Positions 55,241-64,000 of a stretch of 64,000 nt of DNA are shown here, piece after piece. Origin of the DNA: Clostridium sp. CAG:288 (lineage in GTDB: Bacteria; Bacillota_I; Bacilli_A; RFN20; CAG-288); the NCBI GenBank assembly GCA_000437395.1, contig FR898192.1, positions 54,029 to 118,028 of the forward strand, read 5' to 3'. The stretch's first letter is position 1. Every line of letters begins with the position of its first letter. The notes under the pieces were generated by a model. That model ran no database searches and was not told where the DNA came from. It was given only the letters and a program-made list of their open reading frames with translations. Position numbers and translations under genes: made by a program.

Positions 55241-55654
55241 ATGGATAATTGTATATTTTGTAAAATGGTTAAAGGTGAGATACCTTGTGCTAAAGTATAT
55301 GAAGACCAAGATATTTTAGCTTTTCTAGATATTAATCCAGCATCTAAGGGACATACATTGGTTATAACAAAAGAACATTTTGCTAACTTTACTTTAGTTC
55401 CTAAGGATCTTCTTGGAAAAGCTTATGCTGTAGCACAAAAGATTGCTCAAGCACAAATTAGTCAATTAGGTGCTGAAGGAGCTAATGTCATAACTAATAT
55501 AAACGAAATTGCTGGACAATCAATAATGCACTTCCACATTCATGTAATACCAAGATATAAAAAGGATGATGGATTACAACTTAATTTTGTTCCAAATAGT
55601 ATTGAGACATTTAATCTTCCAGCTGTCGCTTCACAAATTAAACTTGGATTATAA
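55241..55654 (+). CDS. HIT-family nucleotide hydrolase/transferase
   Basis: CIFCK at the N-terminus and histidine triad HFHIHVIPR. Confidence 0.88.
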   Translation: MDNCIFCKMVKGEIPCAKVYEDQDILAFLDINPASKGHTLVITKEHFANFTLVPKDLLGKAYAVAQKIAQAQISQLGAEGANVITNINEIAGQSIMHFHIHVIPRYKKDDGLQLNFVPNSIETFNLPAVASQIKLGL

Positions 55655-55681
55655 AAAGACATCTCTAGGATGTCTTTTTTA
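55653..55681. terminator. bidirectional intrinsic terminator between the HIT gene and spo0A
   Basis: AAAAAGACATC-TCTAG-GATGTCTTTTTT, with A- and T-runs on both sides. Confidence 0.75.
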
Positions 55682-56551
55682 CATTATAGAATAGCTATAT
55701 TTATCAATTTGTTTATTGACGTTATTTGTATTTTCTATTTTTTCAATTATCTTTCTTTGTTCATCTCTAAACTTAACAGCTAAATGATCAGCTATGTTTG
55801 CTATAAATTCACCATTTGTTGGTTTACCTTTTTCTGATGAATATGAATAGCTGAATATGTTTTCAATAATATCTACATTTCCACGTAACCATCCTGTTTC
55901 AATAGCGTGTCTCATTGCTCTTTCTACTCTAGATGGAGTTGTATTATAATATTCGGCAACAGAAGGATATATTATTTTTGTTATTCCACCTACAACTGTA
56001 TCTAAACATAAAAAGGCAATTTCTATAGCTCTTTTTAAATACATATATCCTTTAAGTGATGCAGGTATACCAACTTCATGTAATATATTTGTTAAATAAC
56101 CATGAAATTCTGGTATATCAATTTTGTAATTTATATATTTTTCATAGTTCATAATTCTTTTTTGCTTTTCCATATATAATCTCTCTAACATATTTAAATT
56201 TTCAATGACGGATAGGTTTTTATCAATAACAGCTTGATAACCATAATCCATATACTTTTTAATGTTTTTAGGCGTAATATTATCGCTCATAATTGCTTTA
56301 ATACTCTTTGCTCCTGAAGGTCTTTTAACACATTCAGCATTTATTAATGACATTATACCTACAGGACTAATTTCAGGTATACTCTCATCTACTAAGATAA
56401 TATCAGCTTTTATTACGTCTTCTATATGCTGTTTTATATCGCTTCCTTTTTGTAACGTTCCTACAATTTTAAAATCTTTTGACATATTGATTCCATTTAT
56501 TGTATTTACTAAAAAATTGTGGTCGTCCTCAATTATAAAAATCGTTAACAT
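55679..56551 (-). CDS. spo0A: sporulation master regulator Spo0A
   Basis: Receiver domain (IIEDDHN; ILVDESIP; IDKN) plus the C-terminal Spo0A DNA-binding domain, with signature ITKIIYPSVAEYYNTTPSRVERAMRHAIETGW. The start is ATG 56551, downstream of GGAGGAG. Confidence 0.88.
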   Translation of the reverse strand: MLTIFIIEDDHNFLVNTINGINMSKDFKIVGTLQKGSDIKQHIEDVIKADIILVDESIPEISPVGIMSLINAECVKRPSGAKSIKAIMSDNITPKNIKKYMDYGYQAVIDKNLSVIENLNMLERLYMEKQKRIMNYEKYINYKIDIPEFHGYLTNILHEVGIPASLKGYMYLKRAIEIAFLCLDTVVGGITKIIYPSVAEYYNTTPSRVERAMRHAIETGWLRGNVDIIENIFSYSYSSEKGKPTNGEFIANIADHLAVKFRDEQRKIIEKIENTNNVNKQIDKYSYSIM

Positions 56552-56735
56552 ATTCTCTCCTCCACCTATTCCCCTTTCCCATCTCAACAAGTGCATTTTA
56601 AAACAATTTTAAATAATGTTCAATTAAAGTGTAAAAAACGACACATTTCATGAAATAAATTTATAAAAAAAGGCTTTACTTTGTCGATATTGTTTGATTT
56701 AAACATCAATGCATATGACAAAATAAAGCTTTTAA

Positions 56736-57671
56736 TTATTTATGTGTTTTATAGAACATTCTACTGTCAAATGGTGTAAGTTTAACAGTATATTCTCCTT
56801 CTTTAATATCTTTTAAAGCTGTCTCTAATATATCCATTTTGGAGTCTATGTCGTCTGCAAAATGTAATACAACTGCTTCAGCTGTTTGAGGATAGACAGG
56901 AGATCCATACTCAGGCTTTTCGTGATGAGAAAGAACCATGTGTATAAGAATGTTTCTAACTTCTAAGTCAGTTTTAAGTTTATCAGCGTAGGAAGCAACC
57001 ATGCTAGCACCGATAGAAATATGACCGAGCATCTTTCCCTCAGGTGTATATTGAGTTCCTATATTGCCACTCAATTCAACGATTTTACCTATATCGTGTA
57101 AAAGTGAACCAGCAATCAAATAATCTTTTAACAAATAAGGATATCTTTGTTGGATAGCTAAACTAAGTTTCATTACGCTTAAAGAGTGATATGCAATACC
57201 CCCTCTATAAGAATGGTGGAATGTCATTGCTGCTGGATAAGTGAAGTATTTTTCCTCATTATCTTTAATCATTGTTTTAACTAACTCGCGCATTGATTCG
57301 TTAGCTATTTGATCGATATATCCATAAACTTCTTTTTTTAATTGATCATCACTCATTGGGCAGGAGACTATGTATTCTCGCATATCTATTGTGCTTTGAG
57401 GTATGCTTAAAAGGTTTAAAATTTTCATTTGTGGTTTGCCTTTATAGTTTATGACTTCACCTTCAACATAGACTACTTTTCCAGGTGTTAGGATAATATC
57501 ATCTTCAGCTGTTGCGTCCCATTTTTTAGCTTCAAGGACGCCACTAATATCTTGGAATACAACTGTATAATATGGTAATCCGTTATTTGTAACACCACGT
57601 GTACTTGTTTTTATAAGAAGATTTCCAACAAATCTTCCTCCGTTTGTAATTGCTTCTTTAATCAAACTCAT
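56736..57671 (-). CDS. yhaM: 3'-5' exoribonuclease YhaM (OB-fold plus HD domain)
   Basis: N-terminal OB fold and HD domain (FHHSYRGGIAYHSL, LLHDIGK). 311 aa. Confidence 0.82.
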   Translation of the reverse strand: MSLIKEAITNGGRFVGNLLIKTSTRGVTNNGLPYYTVVFQDISGVLEAKKWDATAEDDIILTPGKVVYVEGEVINYKGKPQMKILNLLSIPQSTIDMREYIVSCPMSDDQLKKEVYGYIDQIANESMRELVKTMIKDNEEKYFTYPAAMTFHHSYRGGIAYHSLSVMKLSLAIQQRYPYLLKDYLIAGSLLHDIGKIVELSGNIGTQYTPEGKMLGHISIGASMVASYADKLKTDLEVRNILIHMVLSHHEKPEYGSPVYPQTAEAVVLHFADDIDSKMDILETALKDIKEGEYTVKLTPFDSRMFYKTHK

Positions 57672-58488
57672 ATTCTCCTCCTTCTAATAATTCGAGTATG
57701 TCGTTATATTTGAAACCTTTAGATAGTAAATATCTTATAAATTTTTGTTTTGAATCATAAGGATTTTTTCCTCTAGATAGAGCTGAGTTATAAGCATTAT
57801 TAGCAGCCTTATAAAGAATTTTTGTTTCATTTTCTTCGTCTTTACCGCCATTTAATTCATAATACTTATCAACATATTGATGAGCTTTTTCGTGATTGAA
57901 TCCTTTTGAGATTAAATAGTTATAAATTGCTTTCTTTTTAACATCATAAGGCTTTGAATTGTATCTTTTACTACAATTTTCAATAAGAGTATAAACGGCT
58001 TCATCGTTTTCTTCATAATCTTCTAATAAAGTTTTTATTAGTTCGTAATTAAACATTTTGCTCATCATTTTTTGATAAGCATATTCTCTTGATTTTCCTT
58101 TTTCTTTAAGGTCTTCAATTAATTCAGTGGCGTAACTTTTATCGTTTACTCTTCCGTTATCTATAAATATTTCAACAATCTTTTCGGCATCAGTTAAATC
58201 GTATTTTTTGGTATTTTGAAGTTTATTTATTAACTCATGCGATGTATAAAGATTTCTAGCTAAAAGGTTATTGATGTAGTTTATTCCTTCTTGGAGCTTT
58301 GCTAAATAGATTATTTTTTCTAATTGAGATATATCAATCTGTTTTCCACTATAGAGATAACCGCATGATAAATATGAAATCTCATTAAGTTCTATTTTTT
58401 CTCCACTATCAAAATAGATTGTGAATTTACCTTGACGAGTGCTGATTTTAGCAATTACTTTACCAGTATTGTCTAACTGCTCTTTCAT
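57658..58488 (-). CDS. recX: RecX-family regulatory protein
   Basis: Repeated three-helix modules ending in YLISKGFNHEKAHQYV and YLLSKGFKYNDILELL. Located next to yhaM, as in Bacilli. Confidence 0.65.
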   Translation of the reverse strand: MKEQLDNTGKVIAKISTRQGKFTIYFDSGEKIELNEISYLSCGYLYSGKQIDISQLEKIIYLAKLQEGINYINNLLARNLYTSHELINKLQNTKKYDLTDAEKIVEIFIDNGRVNDKSYATELIEDLKEKGKSREYAYQKMMSKMFNYELIKTLLEDYEENDEAVYTLIENCSKRYNSKPYDVKKKAIYNYLISKGFNHEKAHQYVDKYYELNGGKDEENETKILYKAANNAYNSALSRGKNPYDSKQKFIRYLLSKGFKYNDILELLEGGEYEFD

Positions 58489-59644
58489 AGACTTTAATCA
58501 TCCTTTCATAATATTTATCTAAGGAAAATTGGTCGTTATTTGTATCAAAAGCTTGTTTGATTACTTTGTCTATAGATTCTTTATCTAACTGCTTAATATA
58601 AGATAATTTTTTTACAAAAGAATCAGGTGTATCAAAGCAAAAACCTGTTACTCCATCTTTTAATAAGTATTTAAGGTTATCATCATATCTTGCTAAAACT
58701 GGTGTTTGCATAGCCATTGCTTCATTAAAAGTGAGGCCTTGAGTCTCAGTGATAGATGCAGAACAATAAAGATCGGCTAAGGCATAAAAGAATGGAACTC
58801 TCTCATGCATAACTTTACCAATAAATCTAACGTGTTCATCAATACCGATTTCTTTAACGTGATTTTCTAAAGAAGCTTTATCAGGTCCATCTCCAACGAC
58901 AAGTATTTCAATCGAATCATCTTTTGTATCATTGATATATTTTTTGACGTTATCTATGACGACGTCATGGCTTTTTTCTTTAGCTACACGGCCTAATAAA
59001 AGAATGATAAATTTATCTTCTAATCCGTTTTCTTTTCTATATTTAATCAATTCATTTTCATCGATTTTTTCTCTTTTTAGAGAACTCATATCAACTCCGT
59101 TTGGAACAATATTGATATATTTAGTAACTCCATATCTTCTTAGAGCATTTTTTGTCTTTTCAGATGTCGTGGTAAATTCAGTTGAACTATCGCCTACTGC
59201 TTTTGAAAATTCAGCAACGACTTTTTTAGCAAATTTATCGAAGTGTTTTTTGCCTTTAGTAACATAATATGTATAGTCTTCATACATAGTGTGATATGTA
59301 TAAACTAGAGGTATTTTATATTTTTTTGCTATTAAACGAGCAAATATGCCAATACCAATCTCGGTTTGAACATGAATGATATCCAAATCAAATTTTTTTA
59401 TGAAGTTAGCAACACGTTTATTCCAAATCCAAGTAAGCTTATAGTCATAGAGTCTTTTCATAACTATTCCTGGAATTCGGCATACACCGTTTTCATATGT
59501 TATCTTCTTTTGGTTTTTAGGTGCTGTGGTAACAACAATAACTTCGTGACCGTGATTTTTAAGAACTTTGCATAGAGTTGCAGTTGCAGTTGCAACTCCA
59601 TTTATTTCTGGTGGATATGTGTCTGAAAATAATCCGATTTTCAT
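58460..59644 (-). CDS. GT4-family glycosyltransferase (glycolipid synthase-like)
   Basis: MKIGLFSDTYPPEINGVA at the N-terminus and an E-x7-E region (TETQGLTFNEAMAMQTPVL). Confidence 0.82.
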   Translation of the reverse strand: MKIGLFSDTYPPEINGVATATATLCKVLKNHGHEVIVVTTAPKNQKKITYENGVCRIPGIVMKRLYDYKLTWIWNKRVANFIKKFDLDIIHVQTEIGIGIFARLIAKKYKIPLVYTYHTMYEDYTYYVTKGKKHFDKFAKKVVAEFSKAVGDSSTEFTTTSEKTKNALRRYGVTKYINIVPNGVDMSSLKREKIDENELIKYRKENGLEDKFIILLLGRVAKEKSHDVVIDNVKKYINDTKDDSIEILVVGDGPDKASLENHVKEIGIDEHVRFIGKVMHERVPFFYALADLYCSASITETQGLTFNEAMAMQTPVLARYDDNLKYLLKDGVTGFCFDTPDSFVKKLSYIKQLDKESIDKVIKQAFDTNNDQFSLDKYYERMIKVYERAVRQYW

Positions 59645-59656
59645 ATTTGTACCTCG

Positions 59657-61177
59657 CTAATTGTTTTGATCTTCTTCTTTAGAAGAACTCCTTTCCAAAG
59701 CTTGTCTATCTTTTTCTAATTCTTTGGTTATCTCTTCATCAACTTCGCTATTTGAAATATTTTCTTGTTGTTGTGTCTCTTCAAAAACAATCTTTAAATA
59801 TTTTTTAGTTTTTTCGTATGTTTCTTCATTTATTCCATCATCTATTTTTTCAGAATCTTCAGATGCTTGAATCAATTTATTAATCTTATTAAATGATCTT
59901 TTAACAGCTTTAGCATCTAATAATTTAGCACCTTTTTTTCTTTCTTGTTCTATTTTTGCATCTCTGCTTGAAAGCATTTCATAGGTGGATGCTTCTTTTT
60001 CACTTCTAGCTAAAGCGATAATTTCTAAATCGATAAAAGTCCTTGTATCTGCTAAAACAGCATATTTTTTGGGTGATTCGTGATAACTAAAGAAAATAAT
60101 TCCACCAAGAATTAATCCGAAATAATAACTAATACCACGCCATAGAAGGTTACTAGCGCTTAATACAGCATTTGAACTATATATGTGACTAAATAATGCT
60201 TGATATGCAAGTTCGGCGCCTCCAGAAGCTCCTGGAATAGGAATAAAGCAAGTTATCATTGTTAAATATGAGTTTGACCATAGACATTGCAAATATTTAC
60301 CACTTAAATCTTCGCCCATAGCTAATCCAGCAAAATATGGAAGAGAATTAAGTAATGTCATTTTTAAAAGCATTAAAATAATAACAGCTATGAGCATTCC
60401 AAAGTTGCTCATTAATCTTCTTAGCTCAACTCTAAATGTTGCAACTTTAACAGTGAGATCTTTTCTCTTTTGTTCTGGATTTTTAACTAAGTGTAATTTT
60501 GCAAATAAATTTATGCCTGTATTTAAAATAAAGCGATGTAGAGGTTTGCAATAAGCTAATACAAACAAACTAAGTATTGTAAAAATATTAATAGCAAAGC
60601 CGACAATTGATAGTGAAATAGGCGAAAATGAAATGCCAAAGAAATTAATATTACCCATTAATTTAATTGTATTTTCATATCCAAAAATAAAAGCTACAGC
60701 GCCGTATAATATTATGGCTGTTTGATAAATAATAAAGTGCATAACAAGAATTGAAGCAGAGTTAGCTACTTTAACGCCTTGTTTTGAAAAAGTGTAAGCT
60801 TGAACAAATTGACCGCCACTAGCAAAAGGGGTGATATCGCTAAAGAATACACCTATTAATCCGTTAAAAACACCTTGATATAAGTGATATTTTTTCTTAT
60901 AAAGTCTAGCAAATAAAGTTAATATAAGTCCTTCAAATATGAAAGAAATAATAACTAATCCAAACATTGCTAATATTGGACCGATTTTGGCTTTTGTGAT
61001 GATACGTATAACTTCGTTAAAATCATTTTTAACTATATAGTAAATAGATAATGCACTGACAAATACAATTAATATGATATAAAAAATATAGTTTCTTTGT
61101 TGTTTGCTAAGCTTTTTTTTCTTTTTAGGCTCAGTTGAATTTTCTTTAACAGAGTTTTCATTTGTTTCTACGCTCAT
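59657..61177 (-). CDS. flippase-like/LPG-synthase-TM-type (UPF0104) membrane protein with coiled acidic C-terminus
   Basis: The start is probably ATG 61177 (MSVETNEN), downstream of AAAGGAGAG. About 8 TM segments resemble the MprF N-terminal/UPF0104 pattern. The C-terminal 120 aa are charged. Confidence 0.55.
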   Translation of the reverse strand: MSVETNENSVKENSTEPKKKKKLSKQQRNYIFYIILIVFVSALSIYYIVKNDFNEVIRIITKAKIGPILAMFGLVIISFIFEGLILTLFARLYKKKYHLYQGVFNGLIGVFFSDITPFASGGQFVQAYTFSKQGVKVANSASILVMHFIIYQTAIILYGAVAFIFGYENTIKLMGNINFFGISFSPISLSIVGFAINIFTILSLFVLAYCKPLHRFILNTGINLFAKLHLVKNPEQKRKDLTVKVATFRVELRRLMSNFGMLIAVIILMLLKMTLLNSLPYFAGLAMGEDLSGKYLQCLWSNSYLTMITCFIPIPGASGGAELAYQALFSHIYSSNAVLSASNLLWRGISYYFGLILGGIIFFSYHESPKKYAVLADTRTFIDLEIIALARSEKEASTYEMLSSRDAKIEQERKKGAKLLDAKAVKRSFNKINKLIQASEDSEKIDDGINEETYEKTKKYLKIVFEETQQQENISNSEVDEEITKELEKDRQALERSSSKEEDQNN

Positions 61178-61320
61178 AGTCTCTCCTTTAAAAAAGCTAG
61201 CTATATCATACCATAATCTATACCTATTCTCTACTGACTTATAGACTAATTTAGTATGGTTTTTCATAAATAAGCTTACTTATAGTAAGCTAATGCGAAA
61301 AAGATGGTATAATAAACAAT

Positions 61321-62244
61321 ATGAAAAGTAAAAGAAATTTAGTTAAAAATAGGGAGATAGCTTTAGCTGGAATTGCACTTAGTTTAAGCATTATATTTTT
61401 GGGATTAAGTTATGTAATTCCATTCTCTTCATTTTTAATGATCATTTTTATTCCTTTTCTTTCAGCACTATTAGCTATTAGATCAAGTTTGAAAAACCAA
61501 TTTATTTTTTTATTAGCTGTAGTTTTGATTTCTTTTATAGATATTCAAGAAGGCTTATTTTATTTGATACCTAATGTCATAATTGGATTAGTATATGGAA
61601 ATTTAGTTAATTTCAAACTTGATAGATCTTTACTATTTTTAGGTACGTCAACTATAAGTTTTTTATTGTCATACGTAGCTATATATTTGATAAATTTTAT
61701 TTATAAAATTGATTTGTTTTTAGTTTTTTCTAATCTTTTTCGATTGGAAGAAAGTCAATTTAAACTAATTGCTCCTCTCTTCTTTTTTGCTTTGTCAGTT
61801 ATTCAAACATTAATAATGACCTTGACTGTTCAAGATGAAATGAAAAAATTCAATGTTTCCACATACGATAATAGATATCAGTTCTATATTTTAGTTGGGA
61901 TAAATCTTTTGTTTTATCTTTTGTCTTTATTAATTAAAAATAAAGCAATATCTTATTTGTTATTAGGATATTCGGTTTTATACGGAACTATAAATATAAT
62001 TTATGAATTTTCTTATAAGTGCAAGATTAATAAGATTATTTTATCGATTTTATTAATAATATCAATTTTTGTAAGTTTGTATATTTTCGTTGGAATAGGA
62101 AATAATTTAAATTCACTTGTTTTAGCCCCACAAATTATAACTATTATTATTAGCTGCATATTTATAACAATGTACAGCTATATGCACAAACACGAAAAAC
62201 TAACATTGAATTCGTTTTATTTTGACAATAATATGGTAGAATAA
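61321..62244 (+). CDS. polytopic membrane protein, function unknown
   Basis: 307 aa with 8 or more hydrophobic segments and no motif I recognise. Confidence 0.6.
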   Translation: MKSKRNLVKNREIALAGIALSLSIIFLGLSYVIPFSSFLMIIFIPFLSALLAIRSSLKNQFIFLLAVVLISFIDIQEGLFYLIPNVIIGLVYGNLVNFKLDRSLLFLGTSTISFLLSYVAIYLINFIYKIDLFLVFSNLFRLEESQFKLIAPLFFFALSVIQTLIMTLTVQDEMKKFNVSTYDNRYQFYILVGINLLFYLLSLLIKNKAISYLLLGYSVLYGTINIIYEFSYKCKINKIILSILLIISIFVSLYIFVGIGNNLNSLVLAPQIITIIISCIFITMYSYMHKHEKLTLNSFYFDNNMVE

Positions 62245-62259
62245 GAATGGAGTAAATTT

Positions 62260-62859
62260 ATGCTTTCATTTTTAAAAACATGTGGACGTGGATTTATCGT
62301 AATAATCTCTAGCCCTTTATGGCTACTATTTTTTGCGTTGTATATAGTTTATGGCCTAATGTTATTTATTTATATGGTTATAAAAGCTATAGTTAAGCTC
62401 TTTTCTAAGAATCACTTAACAATTGAAACTGAATATGATAAAAAAGCAAAGATTATTTTATCTAATCCAAGTTTTGATTTTAGATATGGAACGACAAATA
62501 GACAGGATATTTATCCTCAACAGCAATATTTTTATCAACCACAATTCCAACAACCTACATATCAACCTCAGCCACAGCCTCAACCTGCTCCGCAATATAA
62601 CAATCCAAATTATCAACAACAACCAGGTCCATCAAATTTTAACTCATATAACAATGGACAAGTTAATAATCAATTTGGAAACTTTAATAATCCACAAGTG
62701 AATTCGAATAATTATCAACCACAAGGTGGACAAACAAATATAAATTCTCAGCAACAAACCCAATACAATAACAACAATCAACAGTATAATAACAATTATG
62801 GTCAAAATGATTTTAACAATAATCAGTATGATCAAAATAACAATGGAAGGAATGAGTAA
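62260..62859 (+). CDS. membrane-anchored protein with Q/N/P/Y-rich prion-like low-complexity tail
   Basis: Two N-terminal TM segments followed by about 130 aa of QPQ/NNN/QQY repeats (YQPQPQPQPAPQYNNPNYQQQ...). Confidence 0.6.
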   Translation: MLSFLKTCGRGFIVIISSPLWLLFFALYIVYGLMLFIYMVIKAIVKLFSKNHLTIETEYDKKAKIILSNPSFDFRYGTTNRQDIYPQQQYFYQPQFQQPTYQPQPQPQPAPQYNNPNYQQQPGPSNFNSYNNGQVNNQFGNFNNPQVNSNNYQPQGGQTNINSQQQTQYNNNNQQYNNNYGQNDFNNNQYDQNNNGRNE

Positions 62860-62861
62860 TT

Positions 62862-63479
62862 ATGTTTACAATGCTTATTAAACTTTCAGAAAATGACAAA
62901 AGAGTTCTTATTGCTATTTGTTTAATTGTTCTTTTGATTATCGTATTAGTTGGATATCTTTCTCTTTTAGTAAGAAATGTCATGCGTCGACAAGGCAAAA
63001 AAGTTGATTTTATGATGTATGACATCATGAAAGCACGCGTTATTGTTGATTCAAAAACTTTTGGAAAAGTAGCAAGATATAAATCTAATGTTTATTTTTT
63101 GAAAAAAACATGGGTTCCACTTCTAATCTTAGCAGTATTTATCAGTGCACTTTTGATTTATGGAACAATTATAGGCGATATTGGGCTTAATTATTTCGCT
63201 AAGAGTATTAATACCCTCTCTTTTGGCTTTGTTTGGCCTATGGGTGAATTCTTTGGATTACACGTTCCAGTTGATTGGCCAACAATAACTCATTATCCTG
63301 ACTTGAGTTTTGAATTTGGTAAATATTTGTCATATGTATGTCTTATTGGATTAACGTATGGAGGAATTAAATTCTTTATTTGTATACAATCGTTAATTGC
63401 CCGTGAGTTAAGAATAAGTAGCTTGAAAAAGACATACTTTACAAAAGATTTGAACAAACTATCAGAGTTACAAAACTAA
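62862..63479 (+). CDS. membrane protein, function unknown
   Basis: 205 aa with 4 hydrophobic segments. It starts 3 nt after the preceding stop. Confidence 0.6.
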   Translation: MFTMLIKLSENDKRVLIAICLIVLLIIVLVGYLSLLVRNVMRRQGKKVDFMMYDIMKARVIVDSKTFGKVARYKSNVYFLKKTWVPLLILAVFISALLIYGTIIGDIGLNYFAKSINTLSFGFVWPMGEFFGLHVPVDWPTITHYPDLSFEFGKYLSYVCLIGLTYGGIKFFICIQSLIARELRISSLKKTYFTKDLNKLSELQN

Positions 63480-63492
63480 AAATATATTAAGA

Positions 63493-63531
63493 GCTTGATA
63501 TTCGTTTAATTAATGAATATTAAGCTTTTTT
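63493..63531 (+). terminator. intrinsic terminator after the membrane-protein trio
   Basis: GCTTGATATTC-N11-GAATATTAAGC followed by T6. Confidence 0.7.
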
Positions 63532-63535
63532 GATA

Positions 63536-63571
63536 TAAAAAAGACAACCGAGCCAAATAGCACAATTGTCT
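63536..63571 (-). terminator. possible terminator of the partial minus-strand gene
   Basis: AGACAA-N18-TTGTCT, with a U-run on the minus strand. The large loop makes this a weaker call. Confidence 0.35.
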
Positions 63572-63585
63572 TATTAAAGTATTGA

Positions 63586-63999
63586 TTAGAATAAAATATT
63601 TTTAAATTCAGTTGCTAAATTTAAATTTGAATTAATGTGATATGCAGTTTTGCCTACATGCCCAACTTGATTTGCTTTAAAACTACAGGTATTATGATTG
63701 TCATACAAATAGCAAGATCCTGCATTTTGGATATATCCAGACATCTCTCTAATGAAATCATCTGAGTCATAGCCAGATAGTTTTCCTGTTTCTATTTTTG
63801 TTGAATCGACATATCCATTTGAAATAAGAGTGTTGTTAGAGTTATAGCCTGATTTTATTTTTTCATCTTGCTCATCGATTAAAACAGCACGTGGTGAATT
63901 AATTAAACTTGATTCTTTAATTAGCTCATCTATTGATTCGCTATATATGACTTTAATCTTATATTGTTTTAAAGAGTTAGGAATTTCTATGTTTTGTTT
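63586..63999 (-). CDS. C-terminal part of a hypothetical protein, truncated by the window edge
   Basis: The minus-strand frame is open from 63999 to TAA at 63586-63588 (...KQNIEIPNSLKQYKIKVIYSESIDELIKE...HINSNLNLATEFKNILF). It is absent from the track because no Met lies in the window. Confidence 0.5.
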   Translation of the reverse strand, partial: KQNIEIPNSLKQYKIKVIYSESIDELIKESSLINSPRAVLIDEQDEKIKSGYNSNNTLISNGYVDSTKIETGKLSGYDSDDFIREMSGYIQNAGSCYLYDNHNTCSFKANQVGHVGKTAYHINSNLNLATEFKNILF

Positions 64000-64000
64000 T

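Noticed and set aside
56597-56735. Spo0A-box-like sequences (TGTCGAT upstream of spo0A; TTCGACA at 7478-7484 and within the 31.6 kb terminator)
   Set aside because: A 7-mer allowing a mismatch is expected many times by chance. Several instances are explained as arms of terminator hairpins. This is not enough to call regulatory sites.
1-64000. CRISPR arrays, rRNA genes, IS elements
   Set aside because: There are no regularly spaced 25-40 nt direct repeats with unique spacers. There are no rRNA-like GC-rich blocks and no transposase-like ORFs. The repeats present (R elements and sRNA units) have their own promoters or terminators and irregular spacing.

Overview
This is a low-GC (about 30% by eye) Firmicutes-type chromosomal segment, read with the standard genetic code. 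TGA acts as a stop and the long ORFs are intact. Gene order resembles the origin-proximal region of endospore-forming Firmicutes: gdpP, an extra dnaB-like gene, rplI, dnaB, yycJ and rlmH; rpsF-ssb-rpsR; parA-parB beside mnmG; and sufCDSUB. Sporulation genes are present: spo0A, cotE, dacB-spmA-spmB, a SpoIIQ-like LytM protein and two tiny YjcZ-family genes. The window also holds oppF, comFA-comFC, adhE, an FMN riboswitch with ribU, and 8 tRNA genes in three transcription units. I saw no rRNA, CRISPR array, transposase, integrase or prophage genes. The most unusual content is non-coding. Two ORF-free AT-rich islands (about 6510-7712 and 29524-31663) each abut a minus-strand tRNA operon and share an ~80 nt repeat in inverted orientation. 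The second island carries a tandem array of five short genes, each with its own promoter and terminator. They encode structured RNAs of two families whose helices show compensatory changes, and I do not recognise either family. Other items worth a second look are an orphan tRNA-like sRNA candidate (4332-4458), an unknown soluble-plus-membrane two-gene cassette (4645-6473), and a degenerate second DnaB-family helicase between gdpP and rplI. All calls come from reading the sequence and ORF track by eye, with no database search or folding program.
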